Shown: positions 61,618 through 64,000 of the stretch, in pieces
Position numbering within the stretch: position 1 is the first letter of the stretch
Layout of the letters: each line of letters opens with the position of its first letter
Origin: Candidatus Krumholzibacteriia bacterium
GTDB lineage: Bacteria > Krumholzibacteriota > Krumholzibacteriia > LZORAL124-64-63
Direction: 5' to 3'
DNA length: 64,000 nt
NCBI GenBank assembly: GCA_050174015.1
Contig: JBFXKG010000018.1
Span: forward strand, 25,510-89,509
Translations under genes and position numbers: made by a program
The notes under the pieces: generated by a model
The model's database searches: none
What the model was told of the DNA's origin: nothing
What the model saw: the letters and a program-made list of their open reading frames with translations, nothing else

Positions 61618-61861
61618 CATGTCATCCAGTCAAATGGGATTTTCGTGCCAAAATGAGCTTCGCGGTTATGGTGCTGCGGTGTTGTGTTGGTGACTCTTGG
61701 GTCCTTGAGGAGAACTTTTTCCTAAAGCTGGGTGTGGAATGCCATGCAAGGAGAGGTATTTGAGTACCCAATTACCCCTTGCCTGATCCCCCCCGCCATC
61801 CCATCCTGAACCCGCCGCCGCCCGGAATCCCCCGGGCCGGCCCTGACGCACCCGGAGGACC

Positions 61862-63208
61862 ATGCCGCCCCTCGAAGGGCCCGCGCTACGCCGCGCCCTG
61901 CGCCTTTCCGTCGCCGAAGGTTCCGCCTGGGCCCTGATGGTCGGGTTCGCGGAGTCCTTCTTCATCGCCATCGGTGTCCACCTGGGCGCCAGCCCCTTCG
62001 AACTCGGCCTGCTGGTGGGGATGCCCCTGGCCCTGGGGGCGCTGGGGCCCCTCGGTACCCTGGTCCTGATGGGGCGGGGCCTTGCCCGGCGGCCCCTGGC
62101 CGTCGGCGCGGTCGCCGTCCAGGTCGTCCTGCTCGGGACGCTGTCCGTCCTGCTCGGGCTGGGCGGGCTGAGTCTGCCCTTGCTCATCGCCTCGGTCTGC
62201 CTCTACCAGATGGCCGGCCAGGGCGCCGGCACCGCCTGGGCCTCCTGGTACGGGGACGTCGTGCCCGCCGAGACCCGCGGCCGCTGGTTCAGCTTCCGCA
62301 ACCGGTTCATCTACCTGGCCACCTGCGTGGGCCTGGTGACCGGCGGGCTCATCATGCACGGCCTGGCGCCCGGCGGCACCGACGCTCCCGGCAGCGCCGC
62401 CGCGTTCGCGATCCTGCTGGGGCTGGCGACGGTGTTTCGGTTCGCGTCCTGCGGACTGCTCTTGGCCTCGCCCGAGCCCGAGTTCCGCGGGCTGCTGCCC
62501 CGGCGCCAGACCCTCAAGGCCGCGCGCACCCGCCAGGGCGGCCAGGCGCTGCGCATCCTCATGGTCGGCTCGCTGTTCCACTTCACGGTCTACTGGAGCT
62601 CGCCCTACTTCGCGCCTTTCATGCTCGAGGACCTCCGGTTCACCTACCTGCAGTACGTGACGGCGTCCCTGGCCGCCATCCTGGCCAAGATGGCCGCGAG
62701 CCTGCCCTGGGGGCGGATCATCGACCGGCAGGGGGCCCGCGGGGTGTTCCTGGCCTGCATGGTCTGCGTCGCCTTGATTCCGGTGCCCTGGGTGTTCGCC
62801 CAGGGGTTGGGGGTGGTGGTCCTGGCCCAGTTGCTCTCGGGGGCCTCCTGGTCGGGATTCGAGGTGGGCTACCTGTCGCTGCTGCTGGAGAACAGCCGCA
62901 GCCGCGAGCGTCCCTACCTGTTCGCCCTGCAGAGCCTGGGGCACGGCTGGATGCAGCTGGCTGGGGCGCTCACGGGATCCCTCCTGATCCTCCCTCGCGC
63001 CGAGGGATTCCGGACGATCTTCGCAGTCAGCGCCGCGGGCCGGATGGTGATCGCTCTGGTCGCTCCGCTGGTCCTGGCCGGCCTCGAACGGGGGTCGGGG
63101 GCGGCCCTGCTGCGCAGCGGGTGGCGGATGTTCGGCCTGAGGGCCCATGGCGGCTTCTCGGTGCGGCCGGTCCTGCCCGACGAGGACCATGAGGAGGACG
63201 GCCGGTAG
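61862..63208 (+). CDS. MFS transporter
   Basis: About 12 TMs, VVPAETRGRWFSFRN, WGRIIDRQGAR; GGAGG RBS; TTGCCT-N17-CATCCT upstream. Confidence 0.88.
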   Translation: MPPLEGPALRRALRLSVAEGSAWALMVGFAESFFIAIGVHLGASPFELGLLVGMPLALGALGPLGTLVLMGRGLARRPLAVGAVAVQVVLLGTLSVLLGLGGLSLPLLIASVCLYQMAGQGAGTAWASWYGDVVPAETRGRWFSFRNRFIYLATCVGLVTGGLIMHGLAPGGTDAPGSAAAFAILLGLATVFRFASCGLLLASPEPEFRGLLPRRQTLKAARTRQGGQALRILMVGSLFHFTVYWSSPYFAPFMLEDLRFTYLQYVTASLAAILAKMAASLPWGRIIDRQGARGVFLACMVCVALIPVPWVFAQGLGVVVLAQLLSGASWSGFEVGYLSLLLENSRSRERPYLFALQSLGHGWMQLAGALTGSLLILPRAEGFRTIFAVSAAGRMVIALVAPLVLAGLERGSGAALLRSGWRMFGLRAHGGFSVRPVLPDEDHEEDGR

Positions 63209-63223
63209 CGCTTTCCTGCCGGC

Positions 63224-63267
63224 TCGCTCGTCTGCCGATTCGCTCGTCTGCCGATTCGCTCGTCTGC
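63224..63267. repeat. 16-bp tandem repeat TCGCTCGTCTGCCGAT x about 2.75
   Basis: Copies at 63224 and 63240, partial copy at 63256. Confidence 0.9.
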
Positions 63268-63353
63268 TTGCCAACCCCGCGCCCCTCCTGCATTATTCCC
63301 TGATCCGCGGCAGCCCAGGCCATCCACCCGGAAAGGCCCCCTTGACCCCCGAA

Positions 63354-64000
63354 ATGCACACCCCGGCAGGCGCACCCTTGGCCAACCCGCAAACCCGGGT
63401 TCCCTGGTGGCGCCCGCTGGTCGGGCCCGTGCTGGTCCTGGTGGCCCTGGTGGTCCTCGGCCGCATCGCCGGCGGCTACTGGAGCGGCGTGCAGGCGCAG
63501 GTGGCCGCCCTCGGCACGGCGGGCATGGCCCTCTACTGGGTGGCCTTCGTCCTGCTGGCCGCCGCCTGTTTCCCCGTGGCCGCTCTCGGATTCTCAGCGG
63601 GGATGCTCTTTGGCCCCTGGGTCGGCATCGCCCTGGTCTTCACGGGCGTCATCGCCTCGGGGATCCTGATGTTCTTCCTGGGCAAGGGGCTCCTGCGCGC
63701 CCGGATCGCCGCCCTGGTCGCGGCCCGGCCCCGCCTGGCCGCCATCGACCATATGGCCGGGCGCCAGACCTGGCGCCTGAACCTGCTGACCAGGCTGTCC
63801 CCCTTCAACTACGGGATCGCCAGCTACGCCCTTGCGGCTGGGCGGTCGGGGCTGGGGGCTTTCCTCCTGGGACTGCCCGCGACCCTGCCCAGCGTGGTGG
63901 TCTGGGTGTGGCTGGGCACACTCACCCGCCAGGATGCCGGGACCGACGCCAAGGGGGCCAAGGTCATCCTGACCCTTGTCGGACTCGCCTTCCTCCTGGT
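63354..64000 (+). CDS. TVP38/TMEM64 (VTT, DedA superfamily) membrane protein, truncated by window end
   Basis: Translated by hand: ...AGMLFGPWVG...MFFLGK...LLTRLSPFNYG; start at ATG 63354 or TTG 63378. Confidence 0.85.
   Translation, partial: MHTPAGAPLANPQTRVPWWRPLVGPVLVLVALVVLGRIAGGYWSGVQAQVAALGTAGMALYWVAFVLLAAACFPVAALGFSAGMLFGPWVGIALVFTGVIASGILMFFLGKGLLRARIAALVAARPRLAAIDHMAGRQTWRLNLLTRLSPFNYGIASYALAAGRSGLGAFLLGLPATLPSVVVWVWLGTLTRQDAGTDAKGAKVILTLVGLAFLL

Larger units (their letters stand above)
57707..61778. mobile_element. Low-GC genomic islet downstream of tRNA-Ala (no integrase seen)
   Basis: Abrupt drop in GC (by eye roughly 45-50% versus about 70%) with A/T-ending codons. It starts at the tRNA 3' end and host-like composition resumes near 61780. 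Confidence 0.75.

Noticed and set aside
61770-61795. Possible attR copy of the tRNA-Ala 3' end (CCCCTTG, GATCCCCC)
   Set aside because: Only 7-8 nt matches in the wrong order; the segment is better explained as the MFS promoter.
63224-63267. Possible CRISPR array
   Set aside because: Contiguous 16-bp units with no spacers and no cas genes.

Overview
GC-rich diderm bacterial chromosome. The LpxC-FabZ fusion, bshABC, mcsAB-clpC and a Minf_1886-like gene suggest an FCB-group lineage such as Krumholzibacteria/Latescibacteria; this is inference only. About 1-55.6 kb is dense, almost all + strand housekeeping and envelope DNA. It runs: glycosyltransferases, PhzF-like protein, acyl-CoA dehydrogenase, aroQ-efp-accB-[pilT]-accC, ftsK-rimO-bamD-nadD-polA-coaE, frameshifted prfB, lysS, lolE/D, mcsA-mcsB-clpC, bamA-skp-lpxD-lpxC/fabZ-lpxA-lpxB-DUF374-lpxK, nadB-methyltransferase-bshC-bshB1-bshA, tol-pal, fbp, pruA. 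A divergent tRNA-Leu(CAA)/tRNA-Ala(GGC) pair at 57.4-57.7 kb has accessory DNA beyond both 3' ends. On one side is a Fic protein lacking its catalytic His. On the other is a ~4 kb low-GC island whose three genes all encode membrane-anchored proteins: a T5orf172/GIY-YIG-like protein and a coupled pair (single-pass membrane protein plus a large wHTH-PIN-coiled-coil-TM protein). That pair is the best candidate for an undescribed defence system. Other highlights are an McsB that has lost essentially all kinase active-site motifs and a methyltransferase coupled to bshC (candidate N-methyl-bacillithiol pathway). All calls come from reading motifs by eye; no searches were run.
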